The notes under the pieces are model-generated. The model ran no database searches. It worked only from the letters and a program-made list of their open reading frames with translations, and had not been told where the DNA came from. A DNA stretch of 64,000 nt from assembly GCA_019057865.1 (NCBI GenBank), contig JAHLWP010000017.1, positions 1-64,000 on the forward strand. The letters run 5' to 3'. This document shows positions 50,599 through 60,549 of the stretch, piece by piece; within the stretch, counting starts at the first letter, position 1, and the number at the start of each line of letters is the position of its first letter. The translations under genes and the position numbers were made by a program. Origin of the DNA: Promethearchaeota archaeon. Lineage in GTDB: Archaea; Asgardarchaeota; Lokiarchaeia; Sigyniarchaeales; SOKP01.

Positions 50599-51978
50599 CT
50601 AAAATTCATCTAAAGCTAAATTAATTCTTTCAATTAGTTTTGGGATTTCATTAATATCAACAGAGCAATAAGCAATTCGGATTCCATTTACATTTTCATC
50701 TAATTTTTCTATTGGTATAATTCCTACTTTATATTTTTTTAATAAGTGATCAGCGAATTCAGTTGCTTTAATCTTATCTGGATCTAAATTTACAAATAGA
50801 AAAAAACCTCCCGAATTGGGGTCAATTGAAATTTTTGGATTATTTATTTTAGCTAACTCAGAATTTATTTTTTTATATCTTTCATGCAAGATATTTTTCA
50901 CTTTCTCTCTTGATTTAATGATTTGATGGATACCCTTTTCATTAAATAATTTTTGAGTTAATACTTGATAAAAATGATTACAATTCGAGATTGTAGCCCG
51001 AATAAAACCTTCTAATTTATTCTCGATCTCTTTTTTTAGAATTTCTAATTCTTCATCAGTCTCAAACCAATTTTCTTTTAATCCAATGGTGATAAATCCG
51101 ACTCTACCACCATATATTAAGAATTCTTTAGTTATTCCGTCCAATTTAATTGGAATTACGTTTTCCTCTAATTGATGGAGATCATAAAAAACAGATCTAT
51201 TTAAAACATTATCAGTATATACATATGGTTCATACGCATCATCAACAAGTATTATTATTGGTTTTTCAAGAGATTCTTGACTCTCTTTTAATAATTTAAC
51301 AAGTTGCTTACTCTCCTCTTTTGTAGGAACGTAGCCAGTAGGGTTATTCGGAAAATTTAATAAAATTAAAATTTTATCTTGAGTAGTTCCTACATCATAG
51401 ATTGCATCGTTTAATCCATCAAGATTTAGATTTTGGTCTTCAAAAAATTCAAAAAACTTAATTCTAGCACCAATAAATTTACAAATTATATTGTCATAAT
51501 TACCCCATCTCTTATTTGGCATGATTATTTTTTCACCAGGATTTAAAAATAAATTGCAACTTTGAAATATGCCATTAGTGACTCCGTTTGTAATTATTGG
51601 AGTTGTAATATATTTTTTTAAATTTTTTATCTTTGTATTCTCTTTTTCATCATCATAAAATGATTTTTTGAGTAACCATTCCTTCCAAATTTCTCTTGTT
51701 TCAAGTAACCCGCCGATAGAAGGATATGTTACAATTTCGTGTATCTTTAAATTCGAATATTCAGATATTTCTTTAAGATAGCATGGCATCCAATCCGAAC
51801 TACCTCCATCAATGAAATCTTTTTCAAAACCATAAGCAGAACCTATTGTACCAATTAATTCTGCTTCACTTTTTGCCCTTCTTGCCCAATAAAAAATCCC
51901 CTCTGGTAAAAAAATCCTTTTTCCAATATCAGAAAACGTTTTATATAAAGGAGTTTTTTGAATATATTTAAATTTCAT
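50599..51978 (-). CDS. Class I/II PLP-dependent aminotransferase
   Basis: NFPNNPTGY, DDAY, DGITKE...GGRVGF. Confidence 0.9.
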   Translation of the reverse strand: MKFKYIQKTPLYKTFSDIGKRIFLPEGIFYWARRAKSEAELIGTIGSAYGFEKDFIDGGSSDWMPCYLKEISEYSNLKIHEIVTYPSIGGLLETREIWKEWLLKKSFYDDEKENTKIKNLKKYITTPIITNGVTNGIFQSCNLFLNPGEKIIMPNKRWGNYDNIICKFIGARIKFFEFFEDQNLNLDGLNDAIYDVGTTQDKILILLNFPNNPTGYVPTKEESKQLVKLLKESQESLEKPIIILVDDAYEPYVYTDNVLNRSVFYDLHQLEENVIPIKLDGITKEFLIYGGRVGFITIGLKENWFETDEELEILKKEIENKLEGFIRATISNCNHFYQVLTQKLFNEKGIHQIIKSREKVKNILHERYKKINSELAKINNPKISIDPNSGGFFLFVNLDPDKIKATEFADHLLKKYKVGIIPIEKLDENVNGIRIAYCSVDINEIPKLIERINLALDEF

Positions 51979-52065
51979 ATTTGTGTTAAAGGCTTCGTAA
52001 ATTTTTTACTAAAAATTGTCCATAAAATAAATATTTAAGTATATAGAAACACTATATAAAAAATT

Positions 52066-52536
52066 ATGAGTAAACAAAATATTTCAGATGATTCTGAACA
52101 GGAGAAACGTAAAGATAGTGCTTTATCAGGAGGATGGAATGACTTTATAAATGGAATTAAGAATAACTTTAACGACTTTCAAAAATCACTCGAAAGTCAA
52201 TCACAGAAAAATAAAGAATTATGGGAAAAAAATAAAGATAAAATTAATACATTTTTCACAAATATGAAGCAAAAATGGGATAAAAAAATTCAAGTACTGA
52301 ATTCTGATATTGAGAAAAGTAAGTTAGAAACTAAAGAACAATGGAATGGTTATAAAGAAAAAGTTAAGCAAGATTTCAAAAAATGGGAAGAAAAAACACG
52401 TGAAGACTGGCAAGAAGGCATCAAATCATTCAGAAAAGGATTTTTCAAAGCTTATTTTTGGGCTCTACTATTAATACTCCCTATTCTTTTAATAGTTATT
52501 GTAGTATTAGTTATAGTAAATAGATATTTAGGATGA
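52066..52536 (+). CDS. Amphipathic helical-repeat protein with C-terminal TM anchor
   Basis: Periodic W/F residues in a charged helix; C-terminal hydrophobic helix. Confidence 0.65.
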   Translation: MSKQNISDDSEQEKRKDSALSGGWNDFINGIKNNFNDFQKSLESQSQKNKELWEKNKDKINTFFTNMKQKWDKKIQVLNSDIEKSKLETKEQWNGYKEKVKQDFKKWEEKTREDWQEGIKSFRKGFFKAYFWALLLILPILLIVIVVLVIVNRYLG

Positions 52537-52609
52537 TAAATCTACTACTTATTAATCTTAACATCTATTGGAATAGAGAATATATCAAAGTATCTTATCT
52601 TGAAAAATA

Positions 52610-53269
52610 ATGATTGAAATTCTTACAATATCTTTTATAGTCGCTTTAACAGGGGCTTTATCTCCTGGTCCTGTTTTAACTTTTACAATTTATAAATCTC
52701 TAAATAGTGAAAAGGGTTACTTAGCGGGATTTTTTATAGTTTTAGGTCATGCTTCCTTAGAATTTTCTTTGATCCTTTTTTTATTATTGGGTGCTTCTCT
52801 ACTTTTCCAAAATTTAGTATTTCTAATAATATTAGGCATTGTAGGAGGAATTTGTTTAGTATTATTTGGAATTCTGTCCATACGAGATGTCTATAAAAAG
52901 CAATATGAGTTAGATTTTAATATATCTGATGAAAATTTAAAGAATTTTAAAGGAAATAGTTTTATTGGAGGTATATTTTATTCAATAACTAATCCTTATT
53001 GGGAGTTTTGGTGGGCAATGGTTGGTTTAACAATAATGATTGATTTAAATGTGTCTTTTGAAAACCCAATGGGGCTTTTACTATTCTTTATTGGACATGA
53101 ATTAGGAGATTTTGTATGGTACATCCCAATTTCTATATTCGTATATTTTGGGGGTAAATCTTTAAATCCCAAGGTTTACAAATATGTTTTGATAGTATGC
53201 GGAGTATTCATGATAATTTTTGGAATCTACCTATCTATTAATATTATCATTTTTCCTCCTAAAATATGA
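52610..53269 (+). CDS. LysE-family translocator
   Basis: GALSPGP, GHASLE, NPYWEFWW. Confidence 0.88.
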   Translation: MIEILTISFIVALTGALSPGPVLTFTIYKSLNSEKGYLAGFFIVLGHASLEFSLILFLLLGASLLFQNLVFLIILGIVGGICLVLFGILSIRDVYKKQYELDFNISDENLKNFKGNSFIGGIFYSITNPYWEFWWAMVGLTIMIDLNVSFENPMGLLLFFIGHELGDFVWYIPISIFVYFGGKSLNPKVYKYVLIVCGVFMIIFGIYLSINIIIFPPKI

Positions 53270-53273
53270 AATC

Positions 53274-55337
53274 TTAAAATTCCTCATTTCCATTATCTTC
53301 GAAAAGTTCTGAATATGGTTCAAGAAAATGATTCTGACACATTGGACATGAGTTATATTTAGATAACCAAAAAGCAACACAAAGATAATGATAAGTACTT
53401 GCACAAAACGGACAAGTTATAACTTTATCTCTTGCAAAGTTAATAAATTTATGACAAACTGTACATTGAACATCTGATTGGGCTATTCCCTTTCTAATTT
53501 TAACTCGTGTAGATAAAATTTTCTCCAATTTAGATAATTCTACTTGATAAAGACCTAAAGAATGATTAAGTTGATTAAGCTTTGAATTTATTTCAACAAT
53601 TCTTTCTTTTAACTCGTCTTCACTTAATCGTTCTGCTAAAAACGATGATAAAGCAAAATTAAGTGGTAATTCTTCAAAATTTTCAGTCTGTTCCGTAATT
53701 TCCGTAATCGTTGCGAATAAAAGCCCTTCCTTTTCAATCAATTCTTTAAAGCTTTTGAATAATTTATTTAATAATAACGATATAAGAAATGCTAACTGTT
53801 GCCTTTTCCGATTAAAATTATCTTCCCAAAATTTGATGATTTGATAAAGGTCAACATCATGTGATTTAACGGAATCTAACTTTTTATAGACCTCATCTTT
53901 AATTATTTGGATTCTTTTATTACAATCACTTAAAATTTCTCTGATATGTTTTAATTGGGGAAATTCCTCTTTTATTATTAACGACGTTTGATCCTCATAT
54001 GTTCTAATTAAATCATTCACAGCTGAGATTTTCTCAGTAATAAAATCTCTAATGTCAACTCGTAATTCCTCATTCTTAACAGTTTCAATAAAATTTAAAT
54101 ATTCATTTTTTCTACGGAAAATCTCAGATGCAACATTTGAAAGAATTTTTTTTAATGAGTTTGTTATATTCTCATATGGTTTTAAATGATTTTCAAATCT
54201 TAATATCCAATCTTCAATATTATCAATTATCGAAGAAAAATTATCAATCTTTCTATAATAATAATTCGCAATTTCTTCAAATTCTGTTGATTGATTTACA
54301 TCATTAATCTTTTCTTGAAATTTCTTTTCTATACCATTAATATATATTTCTACAATTTGAGGAAAAAAAATACCAATGTTCTGATCCAGAATCGATTTTA
54401 TATTAGTTTTACTATCCTTTTCTGAGAGAAGAAACTCTTCAATTTCATCAAGAATATTTCTCAATTTATCTTTAATTATACTTATAGCTAAAGGACGCGC
54501 AAAATCTTTTAAATGTTGTATGACTTCTTTCCTTTCAAGAATATTTATAAACGCTTCTCCCTCATATTCTTCAAAAATATTGTTTTTATAGAGGAGGTAA
54601 ATTAGATCTGAATAAGGTTTAATGTTTCCTTCATCTTTAGATAAATAATGCTGAAACAATTCATCAAAATGGAATGATAAAATCCCTTCATCTTTATGTT
54701 TTTTTCCTTTTTTAGGAAAAACATCATTTAAACTTCTTATGAATACATAAAGATCCTTAATGTCATTCCAGTTTTCAAGTGTATTTGGCAATTTATTTAA
54801 TTTAAAGTTTAAATTTTTAATTTTGTTTGCCTCAATCCATAAATAAATCTCATTATCGTAGTTTATTTCAATTTTTATAAGAGAATTTTTAAGAGTAGAA
54901 TGTATACTACTATACTCATCAATTAGATTTTTCAAGTTTGATAATAAAGCTTCTAAAAATGATTTTTTTTTGAATAATCTTTTAATATTCCGACTATTTG
55001 AATTTAAATTTTGTAGATTTTTTGAAATAAGGTTTAGTTCTTCAACAATTTTTGATTTTAAATGATAATAATTAAGGTTGCCATTTGATATTAACTCCTC
55101 AGAATTTAGCAAATATAGATCCAAAAAAACTTTCAATTCATTTAAGTAATTTGAATATAAGTTAAGAATTGGAGTTGAAAGTTGTAATTTTGATTTTATA
55201 TATTCCTCTATTTCAGATTCTCCAGCATTTTCTGTTTCAAAATTTGCTAGCTTCTTTTTTATCTCTAATAATTCTTCTTTAGTAAACCCACTTATTTCCT
55301 TAGTACCATCGAATACATTATTGAAAAGATTCAACAT
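53274..55337 (-). CDS. Helical/coiled-coil protein with C-terminal RING-type (C4HC3) finger; putative E3 ligase
   Basis: CTVC...CPFC-x4-HYLC-x3-WL-x5-CPMC. Confidence 0.7.
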   Translation of the reverse strand: MLNLFNNVFDGTKEISGFTKEELLEIKKKLANFETENAGESEIEEYIKSKLQLSTPILNLYSNYLNELKVFLDLYLLNSEELISNGNLNYYHLKSKIVEELNLISKNLQNLNSNSRNIKRLFKKKSFLEALLSNLKNLIDEYSSIHSTLKNSLIKIEINYDNEIYLWIEANKIKNLNFKLNKLPNTLENWNDIKDLYVFIRSLNDVFPKKGKKHKDEGILSFHFDELFQHYLSKDEGNIKPYSDLIYLLYKNNIFEEYEGEAFINILERKEVIQHLKDFARPLAISIIKDKLRNILDEIEEFLLSEKDSKTNIKSILDQNIGIFFPQIVEIYINGIEKKFQEKINDVNQSTEFEEIANYYYRKIDNFSSIIDNIEDWILRFENHLKPYENITNSLKKILSNVASEIFRRKNEYLNFIETVKNEELRVDIRDFITEKISAVNDLIRTYEDQTSLIIKEEFPQLKHIREILSDCNKRIQIIKDEVYKKLDSVKSHDVDLYQIIKFWEDNFNRKRQQLAFLISLLLNKLFKSFKELIEKEGLLFATITEITEQTENFEELPLNFALSSFLAERLSEDELKERIVEINSKLNQLNHSLGLYQVELSKLEKILSTRVKIRKGIAQSDVQCTVCHKFINFARDKVITCPFCASTYHYLCVAFWLSKYNSCPMCQNHFLEPYSELFEDNGNEEF

Positions 55338-55444
55338 AAAAATACTATGTATTAATAGATTAGCTTATAATAATTAGAAATATATTATACAATAAATTCT
55401 TAATGATTAAAAAGAAATTATTTCTTAAGAAGGAGGGCTCTAAA

Positions 55445-56062
55445 TTATTCTCCTAACTCTTTTATTTCTATAAATTTTTCTTCAGCACCATCTTTAGTTA
55501 TTATCAGAAGATCAATACCATTACCACTCATAGCATCTCGTTTAATCGAGGTACTAATTGCTTTTTCCACTAATTTTTCCCCTTCTGCAACTGTCATATC
55601 TGATCTATATTCTAGTTCTAAAATACCAATTGAAAGAAGCATTCCTGTTCCTGCTGTTCCATAATCTTCAGGCATTAATGAACCAAGGGCATCTAAAACA
55701 TATAATTTAGGGCCATCTTTATCCATTCCAGCTATAATTATATTCGTATACAAGGGCATCATTTTTCTTGAATACAAATAATTTGAAACCAACTTGCCTA
55801 AACTCTTAGTAGTAATTTTCTCTCCTGCATCTAAAAAATATAAATTTGCCTGAGCTTGTAAAATCTTAACTAAAATTTGGAAATCTCCAATTAATCCGTA
55901 TGCTGCTAATCCAATATAATCAGTTATCTTAAAGACTTTCTTTGTTGATTTACTTATCACAGTGTATCCAAGCGTACCACGCCTATCATTTCCAAGCACA
56001 ACACCATCCTTACATTTTATTGCTACACCACAAGCACCGGGGACAATTATTTGTTGAGCCAT
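55445..56062 (-). CDS. psmB: Proteasome beta subunit lacking the catalytic Thr1
   Basis: CKDGVVLGNDRR, KKVFKI, GLIGD, RDAMSGNG; PGACGV replaces GTTTV. Confidence 0.9.
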   Translation of the reverse strand: MAQQIIVPGACGVAIKCKDGVVLGNDRRGTLGYTVISKSTKKVFKITDYIGLAAYGLIGDFQILVKILQAQANLYFLDAGEKITTKSLGKLVSNYLYSRKMMPLYTNIIIAGMDKDGPKLYVLDALGSLMPEDYGTAGTGMLLSIGILELEYRSDMTVAEGEKLVEKAISTSIKRDAMSGNGIDLLIITKDGAEEKFIEIKELGE

Positions 56063-56350
56063 ATAAATTTACCTATTAGAATTTAATTGTTAAAATATAG
56101 AGTTCTTTTGATAATATAAAATAATCAGAATTAATTAAAATTTTTCTTTTAAATTATAAAATTTTACTCAATACATGAAAAAATAAATTATATTTATTAT
56201 AATTCTACATATATTATTTTTCATATTTAATTTAACCATGTGAATTATAGATTGAAGATAATTTTAACTTGTTAATTCAATTATGACTAAATGTTTATGA
56301 TCAGATAATTCATAATATGATATTAAGTGGCGATTATTTCTATCGATAAA

Positions 56351-56710
56351 ATTTTTTTTAATTCCTTATTGAATTATAATAAAACCTATATTATGAATGA
56401 ATTATTCAATATTAATATTTGAACAATTTTGATACTAAAAAAACTCATTCATATTTTTATTATGATCATTGAGTTAGTGATCCTATATAGGATGGTAATA
56501 TATTTATTGTGGATTGCTAATTTTCATTAAAGTTTTTTTAATTCCCCATTAAACCATAATAAAAACCAATTTAAAGACCATTTACTCAATCTTGTTATTT
56601 GAATTATTTTGATACTAACAAAATTAATTCATATTCTTTGTATGATCAACAAACACGTGATCATAGAAAGTTACCATTTAATTGAAATATTAATTTTTTG
56701 TCGTAATTTT
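56351..56710. repeat. Imperfect 180-bp tandem repeat with TATGATCA-N9-TGATC(A/C)TA palindromes upstream of the histone gene
   Basis: Gap-free alignment of 56351.. with 56531..; palindromes at 56461..56485 and 56641..56665. Confidence 0.8.
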
Positions 56711-56864
56711 TTTTCCATTTAACTCTTTTTATTCTTCTGATTCGCCATAACATTTAAATAACTCTTCACATATAATACTATCTAAGAAACTTTAAAAATA
56801 AATTAAAAAAAAATTAAAACCTTAGAGTTTAAAATTAAAAATTAAAAAGTGGAGGAAAAAAATT

Positions 56865-57083
56865 ATGGCAAAAAAGAAACATTCCTTTGCATGGAGCCCA
56901 ATTCGTCGACTGATGAAACAACAAGGTGCAACGATTGTAGCTCGAAATGCGGTTGATCTATTAATTGATCATTTAGAAAAGACAGCCTTGAAATTAACTG
57001 AACAAGCAAGATCATTCACAACCCATGCAAATCGTAAAAAGATTACCAAAAACGATTTACTCTTGTCTATAAAATACAAATAA
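56865..57083 (+). CDS. Archaeal histone
   Basis: PIRRLMK..GATIVARNAV...HANRKKITKNDL; strong GGAGG SD. Confidence 0.93.
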   Translation: MAKKKHSFAWSPIRRLMKQQGATIVARNAVDLLIDHLEKTALKLTEQARSFTTHANRKKITKNDLLLSIKYK

Positions 57084-57225
57084 GTTAATTTTTAATAATC
57101 AAAAAAATAATATATTCCTTTTTTTTCCTTTTTTATTTCTTTATTATTTAAACTTAAAGTGAGTTTCAAGCAGATTGAAATCAATTTCTCTAAATTAATC
57201 CTTTGATAGTTAGAGTTTAAAAGAT

Positions 57226-57963
57226 TTGAATAAAAATAATAGTAACCAAAATGTATTTTTTAGTTCTTTAATTAATAATCATAGTGTATTACATGTGAGA
57301 GAAGAAATGCAAATGGTTCAAAAAACCGAGGAAAATAACCAAATCCAAGTGAATGGGAAAGCAAAAGAGAATCTTTTCCGCGCTATGGAAATAATGATGC
57401 AAAATCTCGAAGCTAATGTGATTCACCTTAAGAAAAACAAGTACTTCAAACACACGCAGAAATTTATTGAATTAGTATATGATGGTATAATTAATAAGAG
57501 GAAACTTTTCTTATTGGCTTCAGGAAGGAGTGCATTCATTTTGCAATGCTTTGCTACACGTCTTGTACATTTTAACGCTGAGGTTTATATGGTAACTAAT
57601 TTAGGTTCAATACCGGCACTTACAAATAATGATATTTTGATAGTTTTATCAGGTTCAGGAACAACTGAGATTGTTGTGTCCTTATTGAAAAACTATGTGA
57701 ATACAGTCCAACCCTACGGTATAGTCTCCATAACATCCCACCCAGAATCAATTATTGGTAGAATTTCTGAAATTACAATCAAACTAAAAGGTCGAACAAA
57801 AAGGGATAAACCTGAGGCAGGAGATGATGCTATATTAACTCCTGAGGGCACAAATTTTGAGATTGCTGCATTTGTGTATCTTGATTCAATAATAGCAGAA
57901 TTAGCTATTAAATTAGGAAAGACAGATGAAGATATGCTTAAAAAACATTCTCAAGCAACCTAA
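57226..57963 (+). CDS. hxlB: 6-phospho-3-hexuloisomerase (SIS domain); start probably 57307/57313
   Basis: ASGRS...FATRLVH, LSGSGTT, ITSHPES, PEGTNFE. Confidence 0.8.
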   Translation: MNKNNSNQNVFFSSLINNHSVLHVREEMQMVQKTEENNQIQVNGKAKENLFRAMEIMMQNLEANVIHLKKNKYFKHTQKFIELVYDGIINKRKLFLLASGRSAFILQCFATRLVHFNAEVYMVTNLGSIPALTNNDILIVLSGSGTTEIVVSLLKNYVNTVQPYGIVSITSHPESIIGRISEITIKLKGRTKRDKPEAGDDAILTPEGTNFEIAAFVYLDSIIAELAIKLGKTDEDMLKKHSQAT

Positions 57964-58047
57964 CTTTCTTTTTTCTTCTTTTTTTAATAAGAATTCCCTT
58001 TTTCTTGTAAAGTAATAATTAATAGGTATTTTGCATAATTATTAATA

Positions 58048-58110
58048 GCGCCGATTTATAGTGTTTTTATGAGAATTTAATTTGATGAATAAAAATCTCC
58101 AAATCGGCGC
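58048..58110. other. Long hairpin between convergent genes
   Basis: GCGCCGATTT (58048) pairs with AAATCGGCGC (58101); inner TTTTTAT/ATAAAAA stem. Confidence 0.65.
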
Positions 58111-58115
58111 ACATT

Positions 58116-58985
58116 TTACATTAATAAGGCGCCAATTGCAGCACAAAATTCTGAATTGTTTAAGAATATTGCTTTTTTTTTGTTAATCTTACAGATTAGT
58201 GATAACATTTTCTTTGCTAACCTATTTTCTTTTAAAAATCCACCACAAAAGACAATACTTAAAATATCATTATTGTCAGCCATCAAGTTTGCCATTGTGC
58301 CTATATTTTCCCCGATCATGCTTATTATGGAATTAATAAAATCCTCTTTTTTCAAATTATTCATGGTAAAACTAAGATCAATCTTTCCTAAGGATGCCGC
58401 TGTAAACTCCCTAAATAGTAAATCAACTCTATCATCTTCAGGAGCATAAATATCAGAAACTTTTAAATCAACATTATATCTATTTCCTTTTTTGGCTAGG
58501 TTTAATGCCTCTTGGAAATTATCCGAATTGAATAAAATTCTAATCAGTCCCATAAAAAAACCTCCTCCCATAGCAGTACCTCCCAAGTGCTCAATAGAAT
58601 CTTTTTTAGAAACCATCGAAGTTCCAGTTCCGATGGTCACGATTAATGAAGGAGATAATTCTTTCTTTTTTTCTAATAAATAAAGGATTTCAATTCCTTT
58701 AACATTAGCTTCAAATTCATTTATTAATTTTGTTTCAACTGTTTTTGAATAGTTTCGATATAAATTGAAGCTTTTTCCTCCTGTAAAATTAATTTTTTTA
58801 AATTGTTTTACATTCGACTCTAAAGCTATTTTGAGTGAAGTTAAATCAGTTTGAGTTAGAAAGTAAGATAATTGTAATTTATCACCATTTAAATATGCAA
58901 TTTTGGAAAGAGTTTGTCCCATATCGACTCCAATTGTATCTGCTGGTATTTGAACATTTAGATTATCTATGTTTATACAGAACAT
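58116..58985 (-). CDS. coaW: Type II pantothenate kinase (CoaW/fumble family)
   Basis: GVDMGQTLSK, TGGKS, NEF, IGTGTS, GGTAMGGG, VDLKVSDIY, TAASLGK, AIGA. Confidence 0.85.
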   Translation of the reverse strand: MFCINIDNLNVQIPADTIGVDMGQTLSKIAYLNGDKLQLSYFLTQTDLTSLKIALESNVKQFKKINFTGGKSFNLYRNYSKTVETKLINEFEANVKGIEILYLLEKKKELSPSLIVTIGTGTSMVSKKDSIEHLGGTAMGGGFFMGLIRILFNSDNFQEALNLAKKGNRYNVDLKVSDIYAPEDDRVDLLFREFTAASLGKIDLSFTMNNLKKEDFINSIISMIGENIGTMANLMADNNDILSIVFCGGFLKENRLAKKMLSLICKINKKKAIFLNNSEFCAAIGALLM

Positions 58986-59075
58986 CTTTTTTATCCCTTA
59001 ACTTAAAATTCTAATCTTTCATTATTTTATATTAATATTTCAATTTAATAAATCAATTTTGTAAATCATTCTTAC

Positions 59076-60548
59076 ATGATAGATCAGCCAAGCTTAGAAA
59101 ATGTTGAAGTTGCAATAATTAAGGGAAATACCCCAAAAGAGGGTGTTCTGGAAGGAATTGAGAAACTTGGGGGAATCTCCAAATTTATTAATAAAGGAGA
59201 TCAAGTTTTCATTAAATTTAATTTAAATTTACCTCATGGCTTTCCAACAAATACTAATTTTAACGTATTAAAGGCATTAATTAAATCTTGTAAGAAAGCA
59301 GGGGCTAACAAAATCTACTTGGGAAGTTTTCCAGTTAAAGGTTTTTCAATTTATGCAATTTCAAATTTATTAGGGCTTCATAACTATTTTGAAACTCTTG
59401 GAGCAGAATTAGTATATTTAGATAATAGTAACTATTATAACCAGAAAGGAATAAAACCAGATAAATTAAAAGAAATTAAGGAAAAATCATTTTCAAAGGT
59501 TGAAGTATATAACAATGAAGTAAAATTTCCAAACATAGTCCTTAATTCAGATAAATTAATATTAGTAAATCAAGTTAATGTAGAGCCTTTATTCAAATAT
59601 AATTTATCAATATTAAATTACTATTCAATCATTCCAAATGCATATCAGGAAATTGATAAGAATGTACGGGCAGGAAAGGATTATTTATTTCTTGATCAAT
59701 ACAAACAAGATCTAGTTTCAAAAATTATTGACATTTCTACAATAAAAAAACCCGATTTAGTAATAAATGATTTATTTTATATAATGGAAGAAGCTGGTCC
59801 GTATATTTATAAGGATTCAAAACTAAAAACTACAGGCTTAGTTATTGTTGGTAATGATCCTATTGCTGTTGATTTAATTACGTTAAATCTAATGAATATT
59901 AATAAGGTTGATAGTAAACTAATTTTGGAAGCTCAAAATAAAAGAGTAGGTATTACAGATATTTCAAAAATAAATATCTTGGGAGAAAAATTCGAAGATA
60001 TTAGTATAAATGTTTCTTTATGTGCATCGAAGCTTGAAAATATTAAAACACCAAATTTTTCAATTAGATCAGGCAGGTTTTGTTCAGGATGTTCAAAACA
60101 GGCTTATCATTTTTTAAATTTTATCAAAATGCATATGGTAAAAGATTTAAAATATAATCCAAAAAATTCGTTTTTGATTGGGGAAAATCCCTTAGATCCA
60201 GAACATTTTGAACATATTATTTTATTTGGAGATTGTTGTATTAATAGCACAAAAGATCGTAGTTTTAGAAAAGATATAAAGAGATCTCATAAAAATGTCG
60301 CAAATGAATCAAAACAGAAAAAATTTAAAAAAGTAAAATCCACAAAAAAGGGAAAAACTAAGGTAAAATTAAATAAAAAAATATTGGAATTGCCAGGATG
60401 CCCACCCGACATATTTAGCTCTCTAGAACTATTATTAGATTATTATGGAAAAAAAAACTCTCCAAATTTAAAGTTCATTAGTGAAATAATAAAATCATGG
60501 AGATCTCAACAAACTAAAGAAAAATTAGAGTTATGGGAGGCGCTCTAA
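59076..60548 (+). CDS. DUF362-family Fe-S protein
   Basis: LGGISKFINKGDQVFIKFN, DPIAVD, CSGC, GDCC, PGCPP. Confidence 0.8.
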   Translation: MIDQPSLENVEVAIIKGNTPKEGVLEGIEKLGGISKFINKGDQVFIKFNLNLPHGFPTNTNFNVLKALIKSCKKAGANKIYLGSFPVKGFSIYAISNLLGLHNYFETLGAELVYLDNSNYYNQKGIKPDKLKEIKEKSFSKVEVYNNEVKFPNIVLNSDKLILVNQVNVEPLFKYNLSILNYYSIIPNAYQEIDKNVRAGKDYLFLDQYKQDLVSKIIDISTIKKPDLVINDLFYIMEEAGPYIYKDSKLKTTGLVIVGNDPIAVDLITLNLMNINKVDSKLILEAQNKRVGITDISKINILGEKFEDISINVSLCASKLENIKTPNFSIRSGRFCSGCSKQAYHFLNFIKMHMVKDLKYNPKNSFLIGENPLDPEHFEHIILFGDCCINSTKDRSFRKDIKRSHKNVANESKQKKFKKVKSTKKGKTKVKLNKKILELPGCPPDIFSSLELLLDYYGKKNSPNLKFISEIIKSWRSQQTKEKLELWEAL

Positions 60549-60549
60549 A

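Noticed and set aside
56171-56710. CRISPR array or canonical ORB origin
   Set aside because: Only 2-3 long degenerate units with similar 'spacers', no G-string ORB motif, and no cas or cdc6 gene nearby.
58048-58110. SECIS element
   Set aside because: No in-frame TGA in either flanking gene and no clear AUGA/GA quartet.
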